From Chiloscyllium plagiosum (taxonomy: Eukaryota), in contig NC_057718.1 in the NCBI RefSeq assembly GCF_004010195.1, forward strand, positions 43,983,809-44,047,808: a stretch of 64,000 bases of DNA, written 5' to 3'. Below the pieces are notes generated by a model, which searched no databases, was not told the DNA's origin, and saw nothing but the letters and a program-made list of their open reading frames with translations. Shown here piece after piece: positions 51,501 to 63,076 of the stretch (position 1 is its first letter; every line of letters begins with the position of its first letter). Position numbers and translations under genes: made by a program.

Positions 51501-54500
51501 TTCTTTCCCTAAAGACCACTGAAGCACGGAGCATGGGCCAAGAGGATTTATAAATCTCCAGTCCTTAATGCTGTGCCTATCTTTCCCAATGGAGTTTAGC
51601 TTTGCACTTAGACAGGATTTGTTTAGTTTTATACCATCATTATCTTTACATTAGTGTGGGGAAGCTTACCTCATTTCCAGTTGTCAATGGGCTATGCTTG
51701 TAACAAGTAGAATCTGAGGATCTTACAATTCTCTAGTTTCAGGAATCCTTTGTGAAGTAATTGCTTGCTTTGGCCAAAGCAGTGCTTTATTCTTGAGGGA
51801 CTCTGTGCTATAAACTTTGAGTTAAATGCTCCCACTGCAACTAGAATGTGGGTGAGTGTTTAGATTCTAGCTAGTTAGAGACTCCTTTGGAATTCCCCAT
51901 TAACTGGAGCTGGGAAATGGTAGATTTCCCCAGTTAGTGTAGTCAGAGATGAAACTGTTGATTGACATACTGATATTCAGACTCTTGGTTAGAAATGTAT
52001 CCAGTTTTCTGCTGTGTATTCTAAGGGGTAGTCAAGCTGTCCTCAAAATCTGAACCTTTCTGCTTTATTGATTGTTTAAAGGTTCATTTAAGTCAAATGG
52101 CCCATAGCAGCTTTTTTTTCCAGTTTATGGAAAGCATTTAGATAGTTTCTTTATCTCAGCAAATACATCAGTAAGTGATAAATGAACAAACATAAAGAGC
52201 CTTTGGAGGAAAAAGGCCCAAGAAGTTCAATGATTACATTGGCATACAAATTTTACTCACAGAAATGAAATTTCATCATGGGTTTCTTCTTTACATTTGT
52301 TTAAGAACAAATTTTTTAAAAAGTGTGCTTGGATCACAATTGGCATGATTTGTATTGGTATTTCTTCTTCTTATAAAATATTGCTATTAAAACTACATTT
52401 AATTAAAGAATATTGAATATAATAAATAAGCAAGTTTATGTTAATGTCAGAAAAATAAATGGGAATCCTCCAATTAATTCTATGTAGGAGCAAACTATCC
52501 TCTCAAAGCATTTTTTTTTGGTCATTCAATCATTGATAAATAGGAACTGCAAACAAATTACAGAGTGCTGTGCAATAGACCATTCATATCAGGGTAGTAT
52601 TTATTTCAAATGTTCAAGCAGAAGAAGGGTCATTGTGCTATTTCCCCCTTGATGTAGCCTTTATGAAGCGTATTTTCTATGCGTCAGACAGGCGAGACAT
52701 ACATACAATGATATTTTAGGTTCCTAAACCTCATACACACTAATAGACCATATCATTGCATCTACGTGGTAACATCCTTCATTTTTTACAACACCAGTCA
52801 CCGTAGAAAACTCAGGTCAGTTAAAAAAAAAATCAGAGTCCTGTAAATGATAACGTTTCATATTTATTTTCTTTTTTTTACCAAGTCTAATACAAATAAT
52901 GAACAGATGTCTCAAAATCCCCTTGTTAAAAGAACATTTTCAAATTTGACCAGGTATCACTCTGGCACAAATGTCATAAACTACAATATGTAGAAATAGA
53001 GCTCTGTAATAATTACTGAGTGGATAGATGGCAATTTATAGATTGCAACATCTACTTTATAAGTATATTGAATGTCTTGAAATTATGGCAGTTACTGATC
53101 ACTGATTGAGCTGGGCTTGTGTTATTGCACCATGTTCTTGCTTGTACCTTGAGAGCAGTAAAGCATCAATAAAATAAAAAGTACTGCATTTTAAATGAAA
53201 TTTCAATTGAAAAACTTAACAGCCCTTCAAATTGCAGAATTTAACACAGACCAGTAAAGCTTAAATAACACATTTCTCAGCAGACCATGGTTTGCACTCA
53301 AGGTGACTTGATTGTCTCATGTGGTAAAATTATTTACAATTATGGAATTTCTCATGAGAGTTGCATCAAATTTTCTGTTCCATAACACCTATGCAGACAT
53401 ACGGTGGAATCTTTCAGTATTCATGAAGGCACTTGAACCTTTCTGATAATTGAATCAGTAACAGTGTTGAGTGGAGCAAGCATAAAAACCTGTTAACCTA
53501 AAGGTCAGATGTGTGCAATGTTTATTTATCAGTGAGCAAGGGGCTAAATCGGCAGCCCCTGTCACAATCCCAGCAAAATCATCTGTAATATTAACACAGA
53601 GTCGATGAATTCCAAAACCAGGATTAGCATGATAAACACAGAAGTGCTAAGAAATGTTGGCATTCCTTCTTGGCAGTTTGAACTTGAACAATGAGGTGTA
53701 TTCTATATTAACCCAATAAGTAGAATATTGAGTGATGAAATGTCTCAAGGTTGCCCACTATTCAACACAATAAAATCTGGAAATAATGATCAAATGCTAT
53801 GATATATATTTTGAATTTCATAATCTCATCCCTGTGACAGAATGCACTTTGTTATTATTAATATTTTTGCTCCTTAGTTGCACCTCTTTTCCACCCACCA
53901 CCTCCTTTATATATCACATCTCCCTTCAGTCAGAGACGCGGTCGAAGCTGTCAGCTTCTCTGTGTCTGTTGCCACATGTTACTATGCATTTGGTCAATAG
54001 GAGGTATGAATTAAGGTGGACAGTTATGCCTCCTCCTCAGGTTTGAATGCCCTCCTGTCACAAGGTGATTCACCTATTGGCCCAACCAAAGTAATCTGCA
54101 TATATGTAATATTAACTGTTTTAGAAATGAATGTCATCTTCAAAACTATATTTTGCTGGCTGGTGTACATTAACCCTTTACCAAATATTCATTGAATTGC
54201 CAAATTTAATTATGATTTCTTTGCATAGAGAAAGCTAAAGGTTATGATTATGATTAGTATTGTTGGAATAAACTGGGGACAATGCAAATCCTGTAAAAAA
54301 TTAATTGTATAAATTATTAATCAGTGATACATTCCATGAAATCATGCTGTGCAATATTAACACATAACTGCATTGTGTTTGTCCAAATTTACTCTCTCCA
54401 TTGTTTTAATTAAGGGGAAAAAAGTGTTTAAAACCGTATTACTGCTTAAATTCATGCTAACATAGCATCACGCAATTTCACATAATATTTGTTTCTTTTC

Positions 54501-55357
54501 TTCTCCCTCCACAGCAGATTCTGTGTGTCAGATTATGCAGACAGAGAAAATAAATGTCAAGCAATTAAATGTAGAAGGCAAAATAGGGGTTCAAACAATT
54601 TGATGTTATATAACACCTTAGGGAAGGCAGATCAGACAGAGCAACAATTCAACCACCTTGTAGACCAGAACAGCACAAATTCGCTGTAATTGAGCCATAT
54701 AACCAAACTTTGTCTTAGTTGTGTAATGTGACATGCATTGCATTGAGAGGACATGAATCCAGTGTGGTTATGTTATCCTTATGAATTTTATTTAAATAAA
54801 CTCATAACTATAGAATGACAAGTTGTTTGGCAGTTCTGGTCATTTCCCTAATGGCCAAGCAGACAAAGCACCCAATCCCTGATCTACACTGAGTTAACAA
54901 ATTTTGGTTAGTCAAGATTCTATCTGCTACAGTTGGTCTTTGCTGTCTGATGATAGTCTTTTTTTAAAAATTTCTAATACCTATCCAGTTGTCACTGTTT
55001 GAAAGGTTAGGAATGGTGATATCACACCAATAAACAATTTCATTTCGGTCCATATTTCAGGATTAGCCGCTCATGCGAGGAACAAAGGTGACTTAGGTTT
55101 TTACGAATTGATTGGCTTTGCTACTCCTCCTGAAAGTGCAGGTGAAATTGTTGCTTATAGGGACCTGCGTTTAATCCAATATTTATTATCAGCATAGCAA
55201 AACCAAGTCTGATTTAGGAAGAAGAACACTGTGTGGCTAATGCTTGTGCATATATTTTGGCAAATCTAGAACAGTTCACCAAACCCAAAGATGCAGCTAT
55301 ATATCTGAAGGACCTGCGGATTCATTTTGTGGATTTAGTTTGGTCAGAGCCTGCTTT

Positions 55358-55495
55358 GGAGAAAGTGAGGACTGCAGATGCTGAAGATCAGAGTCAAGAG
55401 TGGAGTGCTGGGAAAGCGCAGCAGGTCAGGCAACATCCAAGGAGCAGGAGAATTGATGTTTTGGGCATAAGCCCTATATCAGGAAAATGCCCTAC
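55358..55495 (-). mobile_element. Penelope terminal-repeat element
   Basis: GGAGAAAGTGAGGACTGCAGATGCTG...GGGCATAAGCCC, same family as 23975. Confidence 0.78.
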
Positions 55496-56026
55496 ATCAG
55501 AACCTGTGTTCCAAACTACAATAAAGGGAACAATTATTATAGCAACAGAAATTATTGGAGAAAACTCAGGAGGTCTGGCTGCATTTGTGGAGAGAAAGCA
55601 GAATTAATATGTTGAGACTGTGACCCTTTTTCAGATCTTTTTGTTTCTGCATCTGCAGTACTTTGTTTTATCATCTAAGATCATTCTTTAGATTCCTGGA
55701 TATACCAGTGGAGAAAGTATTTGAGTTTGTTAATACACAATATCATCGAATTATATGAAATAAGTCTACATCTAGTCTTTCCAAGACACAGATGTCACGC
55801 CAATACTATCAGGAGAACCTGCAAACATTTATTAGCAATTACTTGAGAGACAATGATTTACTCACCGGCTTAATCACCAGTTATAGAGCCGGTCATGTAT
55901 TGGCTCTCTTTATAGAAGATTGGAATATAGGAATGTAGAGGAATAGCCAAACATGTAATGAAATTCAGCCTTTTGTTTTGCTTTCAAAATAGTCTTGTAT
56001 CATTTTGTCTTCTTTTGAACTTCCAG

Positions 56027-56236
56027 AACAAAGTGGATCCACCTCTTCTGCTGAATATCAGATCTCAAAACCTGTTATTGGTATGGGAACAGTGTAATGG
56101 TTACATTACTCAGTACCAAATTTATTAGGATGGTTTCAGGCTGGCCACATTACCAAGCTGCATTACAGCTATTCTCTGAACTATCTACATGCATACTCTG
56201 TGCATGTTTTCCAAGTGGAAAGTTGTACAACAGCAG
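56027..56236 (+). pseudogene. USH2A: USH2A exon 41 equivalent, 5' piece
   Basis: Acceptor ttccAG. Reads VDPPLLLNIRSQNLLLVWEQCNGYITQYQIY*DGFRLATLPSCIT, then after a frameshift SYSLNYLHAYSVHVFQVESCTTAG. TAG at 56126-56128, shift near 56167. Confidence 0.92.
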
Positions 56237-56484
56237 GGACATAAATTTAAGGTGAAGGGTGGAAGGTATAGGGGAGATGTCAGGGGTGGGTTCTTTACCC
56301 AGAGAGTGGTGGGGGCATGGAATGCGCTGCCTGTGGGAGTGGTAGAGTCAGAATCTTTGGTGACATTTAAGTGGCAATTGGATAGGTACATGGATGGGTG
56401 CTTAAGCTAGGACAAATGTTCGGCACAACATCGTGGGCCGAAGGGCCTGTTCTGTACTGTATTGTTCTATGTTCTATGTTCTAT
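56237..56484 (+). mobile_element. 5'-truncated CR1/HER1 LINE 3' end inserted inside USH2A exon 41
   Basis: CR1 ORF2 C-terminus GHKFKVKGGRYRGDVRGGFFTQRVVGAWNALP, 3' UTR GGGCCGAAGGGCCTGTT and (GTTCTAT)n tail. Splits the Gly codon G|GA. Confidence 0.92.
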
Positions 56485-56767
56485 GATGTTCTCTGTCACC
56501 AGAGTCGCACCTGGTTCAAAGAATTCAGAGAGCTCCTGAGAATATTTCTGATCCAGAACTTTATTCAGGCACTCCAATTTCTGTGCTTATATCATGGAAT
56601 CCCTCAGCCTTTCCCAATGGTATTATTGATAGCATATTAATGGAGATGAAAGTTAAGGGGACAGAAGAGATTTTTACCTTCATAATTGAAATTTTGGACA
56701 GCCACTGAGATATGTCGATAATTCTGTGAGCCTAAACCCTTGGATTGCATATAAAAATAGGATTCTG
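56485..56767 (+). pseudogene. USH2A: USH2A exon 41 equivalent, middle piece
   Basis: CSLSPESHLVQRIQRAPENISDPELYSGTPISVLISWNPSAFPNGIIDSILMEMKVKGTEEIFTF..., then a frameshift (TGA 56706-56708 in the first frame) to QPLRYVDNSVSLNPWIAYKNRIL. Confidence 0.93.
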
Positions 56768-56926
56768 GATCAATGGTGCTGGAAGAGCACAGCAGTTCAG
56801 GCAGCATCGAGGAGCTTCAGCGGACAAGTCCGGACAAGTCAAGGGGACTGGAAGTTTGAAACTAGGATGAGGTGGGGGAAGGGGAAATGAGGAAGCTGTT
56901 GAAGTCCACATTGATGCCCTGGGGTT
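56768..56926 (-). mobile_element. Composite Penelope-derived fragment inserted inside USH2A exon 41
   Basis: Starts with the reverse complement of the Penelope terminal repeat seen at about 18020-18072 and contains a CGGACAAGTC tandem duplication. Lies between exon codons RIL and VST. Confidence 0.8.
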
Positions 56927-57044
56927 GTAAGCACTGTCAGTGGTGGAACAAATAGCAATGCTTGCAATGAAGGACCACAGGCCTTCAAGACCAGCTGCAG
57001 TGCAGCCACCACGAATCCAGGTTCTGAGTCCAAATTCAGTTGAC
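56927..57044 (+). pseudogene. USH2A: USH2A exon 41 equivalent, 3' piece
   Basis: VSTVSGGTNSNACNE, frameshift, RPSRPAAVQPPRIQVLSPNSVD, then phase-0 donor GTAATT at 57045. Confidence 0.92.
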
Positions 57045-57469
57045 GTAATTAATTCAAATTTATTTCAGCACATTTATTTTAACCACAGGAAGAGTTGCGC
57101 ACAGCTTGCTTATGTCTTTTGGTTTAAAATTTTTAGATGTTTATTTGAGGAAAATGGTATGAAGAAATGCTAAATATTTTACAATTAAGTATCCATTTAT
57201 GTCGAATTATTATTTACTGAGGCAAATATCCACAGTAAACGATGCTAATTATTTCAGATAACATGCATGTGCTGTGTATTCAGAGCAGATTTTGCTGACA
57301 CTGTTCATCAGGAACAAACTTCACGCAGAGGAGGGTTGGACACAGAACGTAAAGTCTCAACATAGTCTTAGTTTTTATAGGGATTTTCTGAGAGGCAGAA
57401 GTGAACTTGTTTCTTCATCATGCACAGATTAGAGAAAGCATTTGTAATAAAGTGGGCTGTCATGTTAAA

Positions 57470-57990
57470 TCATAAGATGTGTGAGCAAAAGTAGGCCCCA
57501 TTGAGTCCGCTCCACCATTCACTGCGATCATGGCCGAACTGACAACTCTCAGATTCAATAACTCTCCTTTCCTGTCTTATTGCCACAACCCCTGATTCTC
57601 TTACTGATAACAAATGTACTTCTCCCAGCCTTGAGAATACTGAACAGCCCAGTCTCCAGTGCCTTCCATGGTAAAGAATTCCACAGATTGATGACCCTCT
57701 GGGAGGAAAAATATCTCCTAATCTTTGCCTTAAATGGGTGACCCTTATTCTGCGATTACTCCCTCTAGTCCAAGATCAACCCACAACTACTCCACATCTA
57801 CCTTGTTAAGTCCCCTAGGAGTCTTATATGATTTCATAAGATCTCCTTTCATTTTTTTTAAACTCCACTGAGTGCAGACCCAACCCATTCAACCTGTCCT
57901 CGAAAGAAAATCTCCCCATATCCAGAATCAGCTTAGTGAAACTTCTCTGCACTGGCTCAAAGGCATTATATCTTTTCTCCAATAAAGGCA
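57470..57990 (-). mobile_element. Old CR1 3' portion
   Basis: GGTAAAGAATTCCACAGATT...CCTTAAATGGGTGACCCTTATTCTG...GTGAAACTTCTCTGCACTG. Confidence 0.75.
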
Positions 57991-58333
57991 TTCAAGATAC
58001 GTACAGTGTCTTTTCAAACATCTTTTTCAATTTCAAATACATCACACCTCCTGGTTCCCCTTTATCTATCCTGCTTTGTTACCTCCTCAAATGCTGTAAT
58101 GAATTTGTCAGGTATGATTTACCCTTTATGAAACCAATGCTGAATATCTGCAGGATAGATGGTCAGTTAGAGTCAGTTTTGGTGATAAGTTCCACTTCCT
58201 CTAATCTGGAATGTTCAGATGGGATTGTAACCTTGTGGCTGCCAATCACCATCAGTTATCAAATCAATTCAGTTACCAAAACCAAAAGGTACAATCTTAT
58301 AGGGGTCCAAGCAATGTGTGCTAAGGCAAGATG

Positions 58334-60359
58334 TGGGGCAGAATCAGGCAACAAGTGTGGCAATGCCTATTTCAATGGTGAGAGCAAATTGGGTGGCACA
58401 GTGGCTTATACTGCTGCCTCACAGCGCCAGGGTTCTGGGTTCGATTCCAGTACTCCGGTGGCTGTCTGCATGGAGTTTGCACAATTCCCCCCATATCTGC
58501 CTGAATACCCTCCAAGTGCTCAGTTTCCTCCCACAGTCCAAAGATGTGCAGGCTAGGTAGATTGGCCATGCTAAATTGCCCATAGTGTCAGGTTATGTAA
58601 ATTGGGTGGATTGGCCATGGGAAGTATGGGGTGGTTCTGGGTGGGATGTTCTTTGGAGGGTTGGTGTGCACTTGGTGAACTGAATGGTTTGCTTCCACAT
58701 TGTAGAGATTCTATGATTTCCAATTACACAATCATTTATGCTTTGCACATGTCATGCCAAGATTCTCACTAGGCAGCAGTGAGATGTCAATTGATGGAGA
58801 TTGTTGTTTAGTAAGTGCCTTTTTAATGCCACAACTCACTTCACTAATATTCAGCTTCCCATCTTACCACACTGGCTATACAATCTAAAAGGTGGGAAAA
58901 CTTGACATGTGATCGAGTGCAAGCACTTGGTGGATTTAGCTCTCCACTTTCTCCAAATGACTTTTGTGCTGCAAACTGAGCAGCAACATCTCGGGGTATG
59001 CTCAATGGACACTGGTCACACGCACCTCACATCCACAAACATTGACATCCAACATATGCCAGCCTCTGACAACCACCATGGTACATCTCTGGTCCATTTA
59101 CAGGAATCTTCTGCACTTCACTACTGCACATCAGGCTATATTGGCAACTATTATTGTAAAGCTGCAGCAGAGACACTGTGCGCTCAGGAACATGCACCCA
59201 GCTCATTGACTGGACCAGGCTGGATCTCTAGGCTCCTTGCTGGCTATCATAGCACTCAATCATTCTGAAGGTGCTCACAGCATTCTTGCATTGCATTGGC
59301 TTGCCTTGCCTTTTTGCACTTTGACACCTTAGCCAGCGATGCATATCATATTATTCTCTTTTGTCTTGCCATTTAGTGCAGACACAAAGCCATGAAGCAT
59401 GTCAGACTTGTCAGTAAACCTCTTTAGTTCAAGTGGGATAGCTTTCACTTGAGTTCCTGGCACTATAAGTGGTCAGGGTCTGATTGCAATTCAGGCCCTC
59501 TTTGCAGGAGAGGAGCAGAGCCAGATGATGGGCAGCGCAGCACCAGGCATGACTCTTTCTAGTTTCTCATAGGCTGTTTATCATCTGGTGTGGGTGACAC
59601 AGCTTTTGCTGTTGATGGCAAGGTCTTCTCAACGAGTGAGTAGGCAATGCAGAGGGCACGAAAGATTCATAGTATTGGGGTCTGGGGTTGGTGAATGCAA
59701 ATGAAGAAGATATTGCTGGTAGTAGTAAGAATAGTAGAGTATGAGTCATGTTTGGAGGTGAGTGCAGTAGCAGAGATGGAGTGACTATGATACATTGGAG
59801 AAAAGATGGTGGCACTTATGCTTGTGGAGTGGAGAAGGGTATTGACCTTCTTTCTTCAATCCTGGGCAGTCAGCTATATGACTGAGACTGCTTTAACTTG
59901 GATAGACATTTCAGACCAGGTTGCATGGTCTAGTTTCCAATCCTCCAGTGCAGGTCCTGCAGGAAAAGGAAGTAATGGCTGTAGATTATCTCATTCAGCA
60001 TGACCTCTGGTACCTCACTGACAGAGTGAGCCATCGGTGTCTCCCTGTTCGCTATGTACAGGATAAAGGTCAGCAACCATGTGTAGCAGCTCCAGACTGA
60101 CAGGGATTATCTGGGTGCACAGCAGCCTTTAATAGATGGTGCAAGGTCAATAGACGCCAGTGAACTTTGGGATATCCACTGAATGGCGTGTTGTTCCACA
60201 AATAGCGTGTGGCATTTGGATTTGAGAGATGCCAAAGGACAGGGTAAGTAATTAGTGGGGCCAGTTTGGTAAGACAGGGTGAGAAAACTCTCGAAGCCTT
60301 GCGATGAAAGCCCAACAGAACTCAGACTTTGTCAAAATAAAAATTAAGATTTAGCCCAG
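58334..60359 (-). mobile_element. Decayed Harbinger-type element, second copy, inverted relative to 42600-44806
   Basis: Termini GGGGCAGAATC ... AAGATTTAGCCCA. Minus-strand Myb-like remnant (PEVMLNEI...WSEMSIQV...RKKVN) at about 59835-60040. Confidence 0.6.
58391..58718 (+). mobile_element. HE1 SINE
   Basis: GGGTGGCACAGTGG..ACTGCTGCCTCACAGCGCCAGGG head and HE1 core. Confidence 0.88.
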
Positions 60360-60739
60360 AGGTACAGCTATAACTATCAGAGGCTTCCAAAAATTCATAA
60401 TGTTTTCCCTAGTTATGAAGATCAGACAGAAAATGATCCCTTGATTATTAAATGACCCACAGAAAGACATCCTACTAATCTCAGTCTTGACAGGAACGGT
60501 GTTTATTTCTTCTGTCTCATGGTGCAGAGGGAGAGAGGATATCTGCCCTACAATGTGTCGGATCAAGTTTTGATAGAATGTCGAGTTGTACCTGTAATTC
60601 CCATGCCAGAGTAAGAGAGCAACCTCAGCTGTGAATGCAACAGTGAATTGTGAAGTAGAGGCTAGCTATTTCTTTACAGGGATTGAGGGAAAGAGAAACT
60701 TGAGTTGAATTACTCAAAACTTTGTTATAACTTTTATTA

Positions 60740-61500
60740 TTTTCGTTTTGTTCTGCATCTTTGCAGGCAAGGCCAACATTTGATGCCCACCTTTAATTGC
60801 CTTTGGAAAAGCAGTGAGCCATGTTCTTGTATTGCCACATTTCAGACAGTGCTGGTATTTCGGCAGTGCTGTCAAGAAGGAGGTTTCAGGATTTTCACCC
60901 ACAGGCATTCTGAAAAGCAATGAGTTAGCCCCAAGTCAGAATGGTGAGTGGCTTGGAGGGACACCTGCAAGTGGTGGTGTTCCCATGCACAGGTTTGGAA
61001 AGTGTTGTCATTTTTTACAGGGCACACATTGCTGCCACCGTGTGCCAGTGATGAAGGGAGTGAATGCTTATGGTGGTGGATGGTCTGCCATTTTAATGGG
61101 CTGCTTTGTCCTGTATGATGCTGAGATTTTTTTTGTTGGAGCTGCATTCATTCAGGCAAGTGGGAAATATTCCATCATACTGTTGATTTCTGCCTTGAAT
61201 ATGTGTGGACTGCTTGGGAGGATGAGATGTAATTTACTTTCACAGAACTTGCAGCCTCTAACCAACTCGTAAAGCCACAATATTCAAACGACAGATGAAA
61301 TGGTTTTTTAAAAAAATAACTTGTCGAGCAAAATTTAACAGCACATGTTCTTTCTGTTCAATGTTAATCCCCATGATGTTGATGATGGGGCTTTAGTGAT
61401 AGTATGCCACTGCATATCAAGGGGAGAGGATTAAATTCACTGTTGTTGGAGGTGATTATTGTGTGGCTTTTGTGTGTCATTGATGTTATTTGCTTCATAC
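60740..61500 (-). mobile_element. LINE family of 252-792, degraded minus-strand copy
   Basis: GAATGGTGAGTGGCTTGGAG...GTTGGAGCTGCATTCATTCAGGCAAGTGGGAAATATTCCATCATAC. Confidence 0.75.
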
Positions 61501-63076
61501 CCTTCCTGTTATTTCTATTGTTTAAATACAGAATGTGCCAATAACAGATGTCTGAAAGATTTTGGACAAGATATTGGTTATGAACACCTAGATAATTGTA
61601 CTGGAGTCTGGAGGTTTAGTTGAGTGAATATGCAATTGTTATTCTGGAAAGCCCTTGGATAAGAAGAAAAATGGGCACACTTAATATTGCCTTAATGAGA
61701 GGACTCCACTTTTTTTTCATCAAGCTTGCAAGTTAAGGTAGTCTCTAGTAGATTCTAACCTACAGAAAAGGAATAATCAGTAAGTTACTTCACTTAGTCA
61801 TAATAGCATGACAGTAGAAATAGAGCCTGATTGCCTTATCTCTGATAGTATATTTGCTTTGGTCAGGAAAAACAATTAAAGAAAATCAATTCACAGAAAA
61901 CAATGGAAATACAGAGCAGATCCATCAGCATCAGTAAAGAGAAAAGCGAGATTAACATTTTGTGTGTTGACCTTCATCAGAACTGCAAACAGATATGCAT
62001 CTGATGCTTATTTACACATTTCAGCTTTAGTTTCAGATTTCCAATTAAGTATTCCAATCCCATTCTCCTACTTTATTCCCATTCTCCTCAATATTCCTCC
62101 TTTGCAATCAAATATTTCATTTCTCGTTTAAAGGAATTTAGGAGTGTGACATCAAGAATGATCTCTGACAGCGAAGTCCACATTTCAATCATTATACCTC
62201 TCCCTCCAATCTCCCTTTTGTGCGTGATGATCAAATTTTTGTATACCCTTCCATTGACTAGTTAAAATAATCTATCATGATTTAACCTGCTATATCCTAT
62301 TCCCTACTACATCCTCCTTCTGTAAGCCTTTCCTTCCCTTTGATACTGTCTTGTATATTATTTACTCTATGTTTTTATCTCTTTACTTATGTCCACCACT
62401 GTTGGTCTCTTAAACTATTTTCAGTCTTTTCTTGTATGTCTCTGCCTGTCTCTTTTTTTTCCCCTCCAACCTATAAATTATTTTGGTACTATTGACATGT
62501 CAGTAAATACAGTGAAGAATTACATAATTTTATGTTGTTGCTGGTAAACTGCTCATGATGCAATGAAACTTCAAAAGCTGTTAAGTCTTATTGCAGCATG
62601 ACAGTGCAAAGCTGCCTGTTATGTAGCAGACAGTTTGCTACAAGGAACATCAGACACAAACAAAGTGGCCAGTTGTGAGCAAGGTAAGAATCTACTTATT
62701 TCCCTTTATCACTGGTCTCACCATCTGTGCCTATACAAAATGGGTGCTCAGTTCAGCTCAGATATTCCAAAATATTATAGATACTAGCTATAGATACTAG
62801 TATGTTAAAGTCCAGAGTAAGAGTGTGCAAGTTATTATGCTCATCATCTGGACCAGGATGCACTTGATATCCTAAATCAGGCCACTGCTGTGGAGAAACA
62901 AGTACTTGATACACTGAAGCTGTCATATAATCAGCTGATGGTGTCCCGCATTATGCTAATATTAAAAAATGAAGGCTGATGGCCCTATTTCAGAGCATAA
63001 GTGTATTAAATGCTGATATATTGCTGTCACACTGTATAATTCCTGGGATCCTGAATATCATTTTAAATGTAAACTC

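Larger units (their letters stand above)
22584..57044 (+). pseudogene. USH2A: Usherin (USH2A) FN3-repeat region, exons equivalent to human 39-41, disrupted in exon 41
   Basis: Three AG/GT-bounded segments in the correct order, strand and phase translate to usherin FN3 peptides. The third carries a stop, frameshifts and TE insertions. Confidence 0.93.

Noticed and set aside
57936..58556. 206-aa ORF
   Set aside because: It spans CR1 remnants, a transposon end and an HE1 SINE; a chance open frame.
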